Shown here: positions 1 to 14,040 of the stretch, piece after piece
Position numbering within the stretch: position 1 is the stretch's first letter
Layout: each line of letters opens with the position of its first letter
Assembly: GCA_032718475.1 (NCBI GenBank)
Contig: JAUCBJ010008559.1
Location: 1-50,987 of the forward strand
DNA: 50,987 nucleotides
Source: Nemertoderma westbladi
Taxonomy: Eukaryota > Animalia > Xenacoelomorpha
Reading direction: 5' to 3'
Position numbers and translations under genes: made by a program
Notes under the pieces: generated by a model
Told to the model about the DNA's origin: nothing
What the model saw: only the letters and a program-made list of their open reading frames with translations
The model's database searches: none

Positions 1-10
1 AGAGAAGACA

Positions 11-2053
11 TTGGAAAACAAGGTAAGTGAGAAACCCGTTTCTAGGAGAAGGGTAATACCAGTATGTTATACCGACGACGGTGAAAGCCAAACTTCTCAA
101 GGAGAGGACAGCGGGAAAGACACTGACAGATCTTATGTCAATAAAATGCCTAAAGATCAGGTAAGTAAATCCAAGTCTCGACCCAATGACAGAAGGGAAC
201 CGGTACAAAAAACCCCTCCTACGTCTCCTAAAAGAATTCAGGTGAGAAAGCCCGAGGAAAGAACAAGTGTGCACCACATAGCACAGGTTAAAGTAAGTAA
301 CATCAAGCCCAAATGTGTGCTGTGCGACGGGCCCCACCGTTTAAATGCGTGTGATAAATTCCTGAGGAAATCACTAAAGGATAGACGTGAAGTCATGTGG
401 GATAAGCGGTTGTGTTATAATTGCCTCAGACGAGGACACCAACGGCGAACCTGTAACTCCGACGCAAGGTGTGCAAAGTGCGGCGCAAAACATCATATCT
501 TGTTGCACACGGAATTCGAACGAAACAGCCCGAGTCAGGTAAGTGAGTCCGAACTACATGTCCAATTCAGTGATGTGAACGACACTGATCAATCTGAGAT
601 GGAAGGATTCTATACGGACGAGTTCTCCGACCAAAACGAATCCTGTTACCTAATAAACACCACCGCAGTGTATCGAGCACTCGTACATGAGAAAGACACA
701 GACAGCGACCTTACCTTAACTACTTCCGATCAACAACCATCTTGGAAAGCGCCAACTTCCAATATAGGAATCCGAGAATTTCCTGTAGTCCAGTTACGGG
801 TCCACGGACCTCAGAAGAGCTATATAGTGAACGCCCTCCTGGACTCCGGTAGCACAGGAACATTCATCGATAGGGAACTAGCCGAAGTCATCTTTGCTGG
901 ACAACCCAAGTTCCGAACCAAGCTAAACATGTCAGGGATCATGCAGGTTTGGAATTCTACTGTAGCTGCCGACTATTATATAGGTGAGTTGTCCACTCCA
1001 CAGGATAAACTAGGAGAATACAGTATAAGGTCAGTGAAAATGGTGGCTATAAAGAACTTCGCTACTACTCAAGCAGACCTTTATAATTGGGACGAGGATG
1101 AGAGCATCCAACATCTTAACATACCTCGATTCCAGACTGATTATCCTGGAGTGCAAATACTCATCGGCCAAAACGCGCATGAGGCGCTGGAGACATTAGA
1201 GAAACGACCTGCTCAACCGCAGCCACTACAGACCTATGCGGTAAGAACTAGAGTAGGTTGGTACCTTACTGGACCTTCCCGTAGAACGCTCAGGGAAAGA
1301 CTGCTTCAAGATCGCGTCTGCCAGGTGAGTGAATGGGAAGATGATACTAGTGAGGGAGACGACCCAACTGAGGGAACACCACACTCCTCAGATAATGACA
1401 ATCTTAGCTCCAATGTAGATCAATGGAGATATTGCCCCAAGAAGTTTAATCCAACGGACATCGCTTCCAGAGGAGCAACTCCTCAAGAACTGACAGATAC
1501 TATAGACCGGTTAGGTGAACCCGACTTCCTGAGTAAGGAGAATGAATGGCCTCCCCATCTTACTCCGACTGAGATTAGACCAGCCAAGGGAGCGGAGAAA
1601 GTCGAACCTGAAACCCGGACGGGTGGATCGGAGTTATTTGAACCCGGGATAGATCTGTCGGTATTACATGTTGCCAGGGACGACGCCGTGGATCTGAACC
1701 TCCCCACCGCGAGTGGATCCTTCATGAAGATCAGAGAGAGCGATTGGAGCTCTGGAACATCAGACGTCTCGCAGGGACTCTCACCTCTCCTGCAGAGAGC
1801 GACGGACCACTATAGCTCCTGGAATCGGCTTTGTGACGCCGTCATATACTTTGAGCGATGTTTCTATCGTCACTATTCCAGGACGAAGAGGAAACCTGGA
1901 ATTGTATTCAGGATGCAGCGACTCAATCACCCAGTCGGTCGTTTGTGTTTATCGGAAGGGAATGGAGGACTCTCCGGAAACTGTGGAAGGCAAGATTCTC
2001 TTCCCACGACCACCTCCCTAATCCTTCAAACATCTAGGGACTCCATAACATAG
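11..2053 (+). mobile_element. BEL/Pao LTR retrotransposon gag-protease ORF with RT internally deleted (ORF probably starts upstream of the window)
   Basis: Triple Cys/His knuckle typical of BEL/Pao Gag (CVLCDGPHRLNAC, CYNCLRRGHQRRTC, CAKCGAKHHILLH); aspartic protease ALLDSGSTGTFI and AVRTRVGW; then directly the RNase H-terminal motif QWRYCPKKFNPTDIASRG and YSSWNRL. No YxDD, no integrase. Confidence 0.9.
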
Positions 2054-2596
2054 CAACATATGGAGTGGGTGTGTGACTCTATTATTTTATATTATATTAT
2101 TATTTTTATATTTATGTATGTATTACTATGTAATTTTATTATAATCGTTTTATTTAATTTAGTAGAATATTATTTAGCGATTATTTTGTAGAATAGTGCA
2201 ATATATTCGTGTTTATTACGTACGTAATTACTTATATTATATTTAGTGCGACGGCGAGAAATAATTATTTTTCTCTTTCCTTACTGTCCGTATTATATTA
2301 TAAATACGTAACTACAGTAAGATGAAATGTCTGTACTTATTAAAGTACAATAAAGCCACTACTATATTTAAGTATTATTGGTAGGCAGAGTATTAGGAAT
2401 GCAAAGTTCAGATCCTCGTGTCTCGGCTAAACCAAGCTCTGGGTAGACCTTGGAAACGACTTGCCTCTTCACACTGACATTGCTTCGTGCGATATTGCTC
2501 TCATACCGTATATTAAATAATACATATAGTAGCGTGATGTCCCTTTAACAGTAGCGTATAACGCAAAATAAATCTGTTAAACCCTTTGACCATCTG

Positions 2597-2875
2597 TAAT
2601 TCTAGTCGATTAAGATATCGTGGCACCCACCGATATACTTGAAAGACAAATTCTAGAATCAGTGGTTAACGTCCCCAGACAAGTTCTGGAATAAATCGGT
2701 GCCCATCTCAAATATTAATTAGTTAATATTTACAAATCAAATAAGTCAAGATCTGTAAAATCCAGATCCTTCAACAATTCTAGTCAATTAAGATATCGTA
2801 GCATTTACCGATATTCTTAAAGAGACAATTTATTAGAATTAAGGATCTTGTGTCCCTAGACATGTTCTAGAATCA
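2597..2875. repeat. Diverged ~175-bp-period direct duplication in the retroelement internal region
   Basis: AATTCTAGTC(G/A)ATTAAGATATCGT...ACCGATAT...GTCCC(C/T)AGACA(A/T)GTTCT(G/A)GAAT occurs twice (~2599 and ~2776). Confidence 0.75.
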
Positions 2876-4853
2876 AAATATGTCCATTTAATTATCAATT
2901 AATAAAATTTCAGGGAATAAATTTAAATTCATGCCTTTTAATGAATTTAATAAATTGCCATTTTACGCAATTTATAAAGTTCCCAAAATTCCATTAATTA
3001 ATAGATCAAGGGAGCGGAGATTTATCTTATCATGCGTATGAGTGTGTGAAAGTCTCCCAAACATAGTTAATAGCCGATAAAATTCTTAAAGTCATGTATA
3101 AACAGGACATTGACTATTAAAGAATTACTATTAAATAACATCCCAGATCTGTATGCATTGGAATCACCCTAATTCTACCGCTAGCTTTGCATAATGTCAC
3201 CATAGCAACAACCACGCTAGAATTAGAATTGAGTTAAAAGAAAAATAGAAAGCTTGTCCCATTGAATAGCATAGGGAATAAATAGCGCACTGATAGTATC
3301 CAAGGATACATAATAATACAGTGACATTCTGGAAGGCATTGACTAACGGACAAGTGACCCGAGTGTGTGTAATTTGTGACAAGTTGTGTGTGGTATTTGT
3401 GAGTTTATAGGTGAATGTTACTGCTAAGGTGTGTTTACAGTAGCTAGTCGCAATCGTAAAAGTAACCTAACTCTCCAAGGAACCTGAAGTACATCTAAGC
3501 CTTTGGGACGGACAGTTGAGTGACTTGTGCCGGTTGTCGTTGTCGTTGTGCGGCTACGTCGTTGGCGAAAGTACAGCGGCTACGACACATCGGCGCTGAG
3601 GATCTCGTACTGTCCGGGGTTGATTGGGGTAGGCAGTGACGCCCGCTCGCCTAAATATAAACTCATTATAATATGGATAAACTCATGTATGGCAGATGTG
3701 ACGGAGTTGATAGAAGATGGTCTTGTCATTCTATCGATTTACACAATACGGACTATGTCGACTATATATCCTGCCCAGCGGAGTCGGAACCATAAACGGA
3801 AATTCGAATGCGAAAATTCTATTCGAAATCGACTCGAAAGAAAAGACACTTAAGAAACAAATGGACGCGGTAACTCCAACGTATATTTGGAATTCTTGAT
3901 AGAAGCATTGTAACAACAAATAAATATCACCCGCGTTTACCCTACCAGACGTGCGTCTTTGGTATTATTACGATAAATGCCCTAGACCCAACTAATAAAC
4001 GGAAAGACATAAACATCCACGTAAACCGAAACTTGTTGACGTATCACCTATGCTTACTCGACTCGAACGATCCTGGAGTAAACCTACGATCAGAGTCCCG
4101 GAATACTCGGTCAAACCTCCTCATTCCTTAGTTGGACCTCAGACCTGCGATCTTGATGGTGTCGCGGATCCTCGCGGACTGTATTCACTGTTCAAAGATC
4201 TAGTGCTACCCTAACAATTAATCGGTAACACTCCGACAGTGATTTCTAGCTAGCCGCCCATCTTACCTAGCCGGATTGTGACGCGGACACCTAATATCAC
4301 TATCCAACCGTATGGTCGTCCACGTTTAACGCGATACAACCCCTCATCAAGGGGAAGGAGAGCGTTGTACGAAACGAGTTAAACGCTATTTTATAAAGAT
4401 CAAAAAGGAAACCTGCGTTTGTTCAGATAAACGTAAGTTATAACAGTGAGTCCAATCGATACACGAATTGGCCTTATCTCAATTCGATTGGGAAATCCAG
4501 AATCTCTGAGAAGTTATCGAACTTGGACGATCCTATTCTCTGCGAGAGTTTTTGGATGAACGTATCCAGCTACGAGCGGAGGAAAATCAGCTCGAGGAGA
4601 AGCATATCGAAACGGCAGATACCTCGACCACAATCCTACACCTTCTGATGCAATCATATTGTACCCTTCACCCAGGAGTTATGGCCCTCCTAGTAAAGTG
4701 GCTTCCCCCAAAGAGAAAAAGACTCTTGCTAGCCTCAAAAAACTGCGTAAACGCCGTCTGCGTAAGAAAGACTAACTGTTTAGAGTATCTTTATGTTTTA
4801 GAAACTGTGATTTTTATATTTTATAGACTGAAAATCCCATTTTCTGGGAGCGG

Positions 4854-5537
4854 TGTAAAAGCTTTTACTGAATTGTCCGGTTATTTTTCCTTATTTTTCC
4901 CGTAAAGTACTCTGTAGTTGGTTTACCAGGCATAAAAAGGCCGTGTCCTTGCTGTACTGGTGTTTTAGCGGACATAAGAGCTATTTCTTCTGTATTTGTA
5001 CTTTAGAGGACATAATCCGTAATTCCGTGACGTAAAAGCTCGATACTCTTGAAAACAGTGTCGCTACCATGACGACGGCTAGCAGCTGATATTGCCACGT
5101 CGACGTTTCTTTGTTTCTCTGTTCTCTCGTTGTTCATGTTGACCAATCAGAGCGTTTGTGATCTCTGTGTTGGAGGTATATACAGAAACTCAGTAGTTCA
5201 GTGTTATGTTTTTGTCCAGAGCCTAAGAACCGGCTTTGGCACCTCCGTGTTTTAGTTTTTAGTCTTACACTAGTAGGTTTAATTATAAAGGGCATATATC
5301 CTTTAACGCACCTACCTGACTCATGGAATCACTGCATACTGATGACTGATGTCTGCATACTGCAGTACTGCATACACTGCATACTGTGTAACATTGTGCA
5401 TACTTTTATATTGTTATACTGCTATTTACCGTCAGTTCTTCATAATATGGTTGATGAATAATTATATTTGGAATAACGATAAACAACCCCGAAACCCAAT
5501 ATTCTTGATATACCGAAGGTAAGAGAGAAGGGTTACA
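4854..5537 (+). mobile_element. Putative 3' LTR (about 684 bp)
   Basis: Begins TGTAA immediately after a short purine-rich tract GGGAGCGG and ends TTACA (inverted termini); internal CCAAT (~5142) and TATA-like (~5177) motifs. Partner LTR is not in the window. Confidence 0.55.
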
Positions 5538-6084
5538 GATAAACGATTGTGACTTATGTTAAAGTGGTTTGAAGTGAATCTAATGTTATTTGATAGACCC
5601 TACATGAGTCAGTCTGTGTTCCTTTTATATGTGACTAAAATCAGTGAAGATTGGCAGATTAGTGTGCAGTATTGTGCAGCATTGTGTATGAGTGAGTCTG
5701 TTAAAGAAGCATTCCTAAAGAATGCGCCATATATGTGAATTATAATTAAGCCATATCGTTGTGAGTAGTTTAAGTCATAACTCTGTTTATATAGATAAAG
5801 CGCCACGTTCTAAAGGAACTGTTAATATTCCCGAAGGTGAATAATATTGTCAGAGATTATATAATACTGTCAGTCGAATAATACATTAGGCTTACATAGC
5901 AATAAAATTAAACCGTCGAACCCAATCTCCCGGGAATATCCAGCGGGTGAATGGTCGCGCACGGATTGGTTTCGACTAGTGTAGTGAATCTAATACTTGT
6001 CATAGACTAAAAACTGATTTAATATCTAGAAGACATCTTAATTTGGTGGGTTAAACTGCCAAAGGTCTGAAAGCGCGAACAAAG

Positions 6085-9000
6085 CCATACAATATGCCAA
6101 GTCCTCAGGTGGGCCTACACAAGTAGAAGCTAGACATTATGCCAAGTCCTCAGGTGGGCCTACACAAGAATAAGCTAGACATTATGCCAAGTCCTCAGGT
6201 GGGCCTACACAAGTAGAAGCCAGACATTATCCCAAGTCCTCAGGTGGACCTACACAAGTAGAAGCTAGATATTATGCCAAGTCCTCAGGTGGGCGTACAC
6301 AAGTAGAAGCCAGACATTATGCCAAGTCCTCAGGTGGGCCTACACAAGTAGAAGCTAGACATTATGCCAAGTCCTCAGGTGGGCGTACACAAGTAGAAGC
6401 TAGACATTATGCTAAGTCCTCAGGTAGGCCTACACAAGTAGAAGCCAGATATTATGCCAAGTCCTCAGGTGGGCCTACACAAGTAGAAGCTATACATTAT
6501 GCCAAGTCCTCAGGTGGGCCTACACAAGTAGAAGCTAGACATTATGCCAAGTCCTCAGGTGGGCGTACACAAGTAGAAGCTAGATATTATGCCAAGTCCT
6601 CAGGTGGGCCTACACAAGTAGAAGCTAGACATTATGCCAAGTCCTCAGGTGGGCCTACACAAGTAGAAGCTAGACATTATGCCAAGTCCTCAGGTGGGCG
6701 TACACAAGTAGAAGCTAGACATTATGCCAAGTCCTCAGGTAGGCCTACACAAGTAGAAGCCAGATATTATGCCAAGTCCTCAGGTGGGCCTACATAAGTA
6801 TAAGCCATACATTATGCCAAGTCCTCAGGTGGGCCTACACAAGTAGAAGCTAGACATTATGCCAAGTCCTCAGGTGGGCCTACACAAAGAAGCCATACAT
6901 TATGTCAAGTCCTCAGGTGGGCCTACACAAGTAGAAGCTAAACATTATCCCAAGTCCTCAGGTGGACGTACACAAGAAGAAGCTAGACATTATACCAAGT
7001 CCTCAGGTGGACCTAGACAAGTAGAAGCTAGACATTATGCCAAGTCCTCAGGTGGACCTAGACAAGTAGAAGCCAGACATTCTTCCAAGTCCTCAGGTGG
7101 GCCTACACAAGTAGAAGCCAGACATTATTCCAAGTCCTCAGGTGGGCCTACACAAGTAGAAGCCAGACATTATGCCAAGTCCTCAGGTGGGCCTACAGAA
7201 AGGAGCCATACATTATGCCAAGTCATCAGGTGGGCCTACACAAGTAGAAGCCAGACATTATGCAAAGTCCTCAGGTGGGCCTACACAAGTAGAAGCCAGA
7301 CATTATGCCAAGTCCACAGGTGGGCCTACACAAGTAGAAGGCAGACATTATGCCAAGTGCTAAGGTGGGCCTACACAAATAGAAGCCAGACATTATCCCA
7401 AGTCCTCAGGTGGACCTACACAAGTAGAAGCTAGACATTATGCCAAGTCCTCAGGTGGACCTAGACAAGTAGAAGCTAGACATTATGCCAAGTCCTCAGG
7501 TGGACCTAGACAAGTAGAAGCTAGACATTATGCCAAGTCCTCAGGTAGGCCTACACAAGTAGAAGCCAGATATTATGCCAAGTCCTCAGGTGGGCCTACA
7601 TAAGTATAAGCCATACATTATGCCAAGTCCTCAGGTGGGCCTACACAAGTAGAAGCTAGACATTATGCCAAGTCCTCAGGTGGGCCTACACAAAGAAGCC
7701 ATACATTATGTCAAGTCCTCAGGTGGGCCTACACAAGTAGAAGCTAAACATTATCCCAAGTCCTCAGGTGGACGTACACAAGAAGAAGCTAGACATTATA
7801 CCAAGTCCTGAGGTGGACCTAGACAAGTAGAAGCTAGACATTATGCCAAGTCCTCAGGTGGACCTAGACAAGTAGAAGCTAGACATTATGCCAAGTCCTC
7901 AGGTAGGCCTACACAAGTAGAAGCCAGACATTATGCCAATTCCTCAGGTGGGCCTACACAAGTAGAAGCCAGACATTATGCCAAGTCCTCAGATGGGCCT
8001 ACACAAGTAGAAGCCATACATTATGCCAAGTCCTCAGGTAGGCCAACACAAGTAGAAGCCAGACATTATGCCAAGTCCTCAGGTGGGCCTACACCAGTAG
8101 AAGCCAGACATTATGCCAAGTCCTCAGGTGGGCCTACACAAGTAGAAGCCAGACATTATGCCAAGTCCTCAGGTGGGCCTACACAACTAGAAGCCAAACA
8201 TTATGCCAAGTCCTCAGGTGGGCCTACACAAAGAAGCCAGACATTATGTCAAGTCCTCAGGTGGGCCTGCACAAGTAGAAGCTAAACATTATCCCAAGTC
8301 CTCAGGTGGACCTACACAAGTAGAAGCTAGACATTATGACAGGTCCTCAGGTGGACCTAGACAAGTAGAAGCTAGACATTATGCCAAGTCCTCAGGTGGA
8401 CCTAGACAAGTAGAAGCTAGACATTATGCCAAGTCCTCAGGTAGGCCTACACAAGTAGAAGCCAGACATTATGCCAAGTCCTCAGGTGGGCCTACACAAG
8501 TAGAAGCCAGACATTATGCCAAGTCCTCAGGTGGGCCTACAGAAAGGAGCCATACATTATGCCAAGTCATCAGGTGGGCCTACACAAGTAGAAGCCAGAC
8601 ATTATGCCAAGTCCTCAGGTGGGCCTACACAAGTAGAAGCTAGACATTATGTCAGGTCCTCAGGTGGACCTAGACAAGTAGAAGCTAGACATTATGCCAA
8701 GTCCTCAGGTGGACCTAGACAAGTAGAAGCTAGACATTATGCCAAGTCCTCAGGTAGGCCTACACAAGTAGAAGCCAGACATTATGCCAAGTCCTCAGGT
8801 GGGCCTACACAAGTAGAAGCCAGACATTATGCCAAGTCCTCAGATGGGCCTACACAAGTAGAAGCCATACATTATGCCAAGTCCTTAGGTAGGCCTACAC
8901 AAGTAGAAGCTAGACATTATGCCAAGTCCTCAGGTAGGCCTACACAAGTAGAAGCTAGACATTATGCCAAGTCCTCAGGTGGACCTAGACAAGTAGAAGC

Positions 9001-12000
9001 TAGACATTATGCCAAGTCCTCAGGTAGGCCTACACAAGTAGAAGCCAGACATTATGCCAAGTCCTCAGGTAGGCCTACACAAGTAGAAGCCAGACATTAT
9101 GCCAAGTCCTCAGATGGGCCTACACAAGTAGAAGCCATACATTATGCCAAGTCCTCAGGTAGGCCTACACAAGTAGAAGCTAGACATTATGCCAAGTCCT
9201 CAGGTAGGCCTACACAAGTAGAAGCTAGACATTATGCCAAGTCCTCAGGTAGGCCTACACGAGTAGAAGCCATACATTATGCCAAGTCCTCAGGTAGGCC
9301 TACACAAGTAGAAGCTAGACATTATGCCAAGTCCTCAGGTAGGCCTAAACAAGTAGAAGCCAGACATTATGCCAAGTCCTCAGGTGGGTCTACACAAGTA
9401 GAAGCCAGACAGTATGCCAAGTCCTCAGGTGGGCCTACACAAGTAGAAGCCAGACATTATGCCAAGTCCTCAGGTAGGCCTATACAAGTAGAAGCCAGAC
9501 ATTATGCCAAGTCCTCAGGTAGGCCTACACAAGTAGAAGCTAGACATTATGCCAAGTCCTCAGGTAGGCCTACACAAGTAGAAGCTAGACATTATGCCAA
9601 GTCGTCAGGTAGGCCTACACAAGTGAAGCCATACAGTATGCCAAGTCCTCAGGTAGGCCTACACAAGTAGAAGCCAGATATTATGCCAAGTCCTCAGGTG
9701 GGCCTACATAAGTATAACCCATACATTATGCCAAGTCCTCAGGTGGGCCTACACAAGTAGAAGCTAGACATTATGCCAAGTCCTCAGGTGGGCCTACACA
9801 AAGAAGCCATACATTATGTCAAGTTTTCAGGTGGGCCTACACAAGTAGAAGCTAAACATTATCCCAAGTCCTCAGGTGGACGTACACAAGAAGAAGCTAG
9901 ACATTATACCAAGTCCTCAGGTGGACCTAGACAAGTAGAAGCTAGACATTATGCCAAGTCCTCAGGTGGGCCTACACAAGTAGAAGCCAGACATTATGCC
10001 AAGTCCTCAGGTGGGTCTACACAAGTAGAAGCCAGACATTATGCCAAGTCCTCAGGTGGGACTACACAAGTAGAAGCCAGACATTATGCCAAGTCCTCAG
10101 GTGTTCCTACGCAAAGAAGCCATACATTATGCCAAGTCTTCAGGTGGGCCTACACAAGTAGAAGCTAGACATTATGCCAAGTCCTCAGGTGGGCCTACAC
10201 AAGAAGAAGCTAGACATTATGCCAAGTCCTCAGGTGGACCTACACAAATAGAAGCTAGACATTATGCCAAGTCCTCGGGTTGGCCTACACAAGTAGAATC
10301 TAGACATTATGCCAAGTCCTCAGGTGGGCCTACACAAAGAAGCCATACATTATCCCAAGTCCTCAGGTGGGCCTACACAAGTAGAAACTAGACATTATGC
10401 CAAGTCCTCAGGTGGGCCTACACAAGAAGAAGCTAGACATTATGCCAAGTCCTCAGGTGGACCTAGACAAGTAGAAGCTAGACATTATGCCAAGTCCTCA
10501 GGTGGACCTAGATAAGTAGAAGCTAGACATTATGCCAAGTCCTCAGGTGGGCCTACACAAGTAGAAGCTAGACATTATGCCAAGTCCTCAGGTGGGCGTA
10601 CACAAGTAGAAGCTAGATATTATGCCAAGTCCTCAGGTGGGCCTACACAAGTAGAAGCTAGACATTATGCCAAGTCCTCAGGTGGGCCTACACAAGTAGA
10701 AGCTAGACATTATGCCAAGTCCTCAGGTGGGCGTACACAAGTAGAAGCCAGACATTATGCCAAGTCCTCAGGTGGGCCTACACAAGTAGAAGCCAGACAT
10801 TATGCCAAGTCCTCAGGTGGGCCTACACAAGTAGAAGCCCGACATTATGCCAAGTCCTCAGGTGGGCCTACACAAGTAGAAGCCAGACATTACGCCAAGT
10901 CCTCAGGTGGGCGTACACAAGTAGAAGCCAGACATTATGCCAAGTCCTCAGGTGGGCCTACACAAGTAGAATCTAGACATTATGCCAAGTCCTCAGGTGG
11001 GCCTACACAAAGAAGCCATACATTATCCCAAGTCCTCAGGTGGGCCTACACAAGTAGAAACTAGACATTATGCCAAGTCCTCAGGTGAGCCTACACAAGA
11101 AGAAGCTAGACATTATGCCAAGTCCTCAGGTGGGCCTACACAAGTAGAAGCCAGACATTATGCCAAGTCCTCAGGTGGACCTAGACAAGTAGAAGCTAGA
11201 CATTATGCCAAGTCCTCAGGTGGACCTAGATAAGTAGAAGCTAGACATTATGCCAAGTCCTCAGGTGGGCCTACACAAGTAGAAGCCAGACATTATGCCA
11301 AGTCCTCAGGTGGGCCTACACAAGTAGAAGCCAGACATTATGCCAAGTCCTCAGGTGGGCCTACAGAAAGGAGCCATACATTATGCCAAGTCATCAGGTG
11401 GGCCTACACAAGTAGAAGCCAGACATTATGCCAAGTCCTCAGGTGGGCCTACACAAGTAGAAGCTAGACATTATGTCAGGTCCTCAGGTGGACCTAGACA
11501 TGTAGAAGCTAGACATTATGCCAAGTCCTCAGGTGGACCTAGACAAGTAGAAGCTAGACATTATGCCAAGTCCTCAGGTAGGCCTACACAAGTAGAAGCC
11601 AGACATTATGCCAAGTCCTCAGGTGGGCCTACACAAGTAGAAGCCAGACATTATGCCAAGTCCTCAGATGGGCCTACACAAGTAGAAGCCATACATTATG
11701 CCAAGTCCTCAGGTAGGCCTACACAAGTAGAAGCTAGACATTATGCCAAGTCCTCAGGTAGGCCTACACAAGTAGAAGCTAGACATTATGCCAAGTCCTC
11801 AGGTGGACCTAGACAAGTAGAAGCTAGACATTATGCCAAGTCCTCAGGTAGGCCTACACAAGTAGAAGCCAGACATTATGCCAAGTCCTCAGGTGGGTCT
11901 ACACAAGTAGAAGCCAGACAGTATGCCAAGTCCTCAGGTGGGCCTACACAAGTAGAAGCCAGACATTATGCCAAGTCCTCAGGTAGGCCTATACAAGTAG

Positions 12001-14040
12001 AAGCCAGACATTATGCCAAGTCCTCAGGTAGGCCTACACAAGTAGAAGCTAGACATTATGCCAAGTCCTCAGGTAGGCCTACACAAGTAGAAGCTAGACA
12101 TTATGCCAAGTCGTCAGGTAGGCCTACACAAGTAGAAGCCATACAGTATGCCAAGTACTCAGGTAGGCCTACACAAGTAGAAGCCAGATATTATGCCAAG
12201 TCCTCAGGTGGGCCTACATAAGAATAACCCATACATTATGCCAAGTCCTCAGGTGGGCCTACACAAGTAGAAGCTAGACATTATGCCAAGTCCTCAGGTG
12301 GGCCTACACAAAGAAGCCATACATTATGTCAAGTTTTCAGGTGGGCCTACACAAGTAGAAGCTAAACATTATCCCAAGTCCTCAGGTGGACGTACACAAG
12401 AAGAAGCTAGACATTATACCAAGTCCTCAGGTGGACCTAGACAAGTAGAAGCTAGACATTATGCCAAGTCCTCAGGTGGGCCTACACAAGTAGAAGCCAG
12501 ACATTATGCCAAGTCCTCAGGTGGGTCTACACAAGTAGAAGCCAGACATTATGCCAAGTCCTCAGGTGGGACTACACAAGTAGAAGCCAGACATTATGCC
12601 AAGTCCTCAGGTGTTCCTACGCAAAGAAGCCATACATTATGCCAAGTCTTCAGGTGGGCCTACACAAGTAGAAGCTAGACATTATGCCAAGTCCTCAGGT
12701 GGGCCTACACAAGAAGAAGCTAGACATTATGCCAAGTCCTCAGGTGGACCTACACAAATAGAAGCTAGACATTATGCCAAGTCCTCGGGTGGGCCTACAC
12801 AAGTAGAATCTAGACATTATGCCAAGTCCTCAGGTGGGCCTACACAAAGAAGCCATACATTATCCCAAGTCCTCAGGTGGGCCTACACAAGTAGAAACTA
12901 GACATTATGCCAAGTCCTCAGGTGGGCCTACACAAGAAGAAGCTAGACATTATGCCAAGTCCTCAGGTGGACCTAGACAAGTAGAAGCTAGACATTATGC
13001 CAAGTCCTCAGGTGGACCTAGATAAGTAGAAGCTAGACATTATGCCAAGTCCTCAGGTGGGCCTACACAAGTAGAAGCCAGACATTATGCCAAGTCCTCA
13101 GGTGGGCCTACACAATTAGAAGCCAGACATTACGCCAAGTCCTCAGGTGGGCGTACACAAGTAGAAGCCAGACATTATGCCAAGTCCTCAGGTGGGCCTA
13201 CACAAGTAGAAGCCAGACGTTATGCCAAGTCCTCAGGTGGGCCTACACAAGTAGAAGCCCGACATTATGCCAAGTCCTCAGGTGGGCCTACACAAGTAGA
13301 AGCCAGACATTACGCCAAGTCATCAGGTGGGCGTACACAAGTAGAAGCCAGACATTATGCCAAGTCCTCAGGTGGGCCTGCACAAGTAGAAGCTAGACAT
13401 TTTGCCAAGTCCTCAGGTAGGCCTACACAAGTAGAAGCCAGACAGTATGCCAAGTCCTCAGGTGGGTCTACACAAGTAGGAGCTAGACATTATGCCTAGT
13501 CCTCAGGTGGACCTACACAAGTAGAAGCTAGACATTATGCCAAGTCCTCAGGTGGGCCTACACAAGTAGAAGCTAGACATTTTGCCAAGTCCTCAGGTAG
13601 GCCTACACAAGTAGAAGCCAGACAGTATGCCAAGTCCTCAGGTGGGCCTACACAAGTAGAAGCTAGACATTTTGCCGAGTCCTCAGGTAGGCCTACACAA
13701 GTAGAAGCCAGACAGTATGCCAAGTCCTCAGGTGGGCCTACACAAGTAGAAGCTAGACATTTTGCCAAGTCCTCAGGTAGGCCTACACAAGTAGAAGCCA
13801 GACAGTATGCCAAGTCCTCAGGTGGGCCTACACAAGTAGAAGCTAGACATTTTGTCAAGTCCTCAGGTAGGCCTACACAAGTAGAAGCCAGACAGTATGC
13901 CAAGTCCTCAGGTGGGTCTACACAAGTAGGAGCTAGACATTATGCCTAGTCCTCAGGTGGACCTACACAAGTAGAAGCCAGACATTATGCCAAGTCCTCA
14001 GGTGGGCCTACACAAGTAGAAGCTAGACATTATGCCAAGT
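6085..14040 (+). repeat. 45-bp minisatellite (~175 copies) with higher-order duplication
   Basis: Consensus GCCAAGTCCTCAGGTGGGCCTACACAAGTAGAAGCTAGACATTAT; occasional 43-bp units shift the frame; identical variant blocks recur at offsets 2510 and 2824. Confidence 0.98.

Noticed and set aside
3527-4905. Accessory or env-like gene in the LTR element
   Set aside because: Only short ORFs without recognisable motifs; cannot be supported.
6859-13903. Repetitive protein ORFs (YAKSSGGPTQVEARH)n
   Set aside because: By-products of a 45-bp unit; broken by 43-bp units and stops, with no unique start context.
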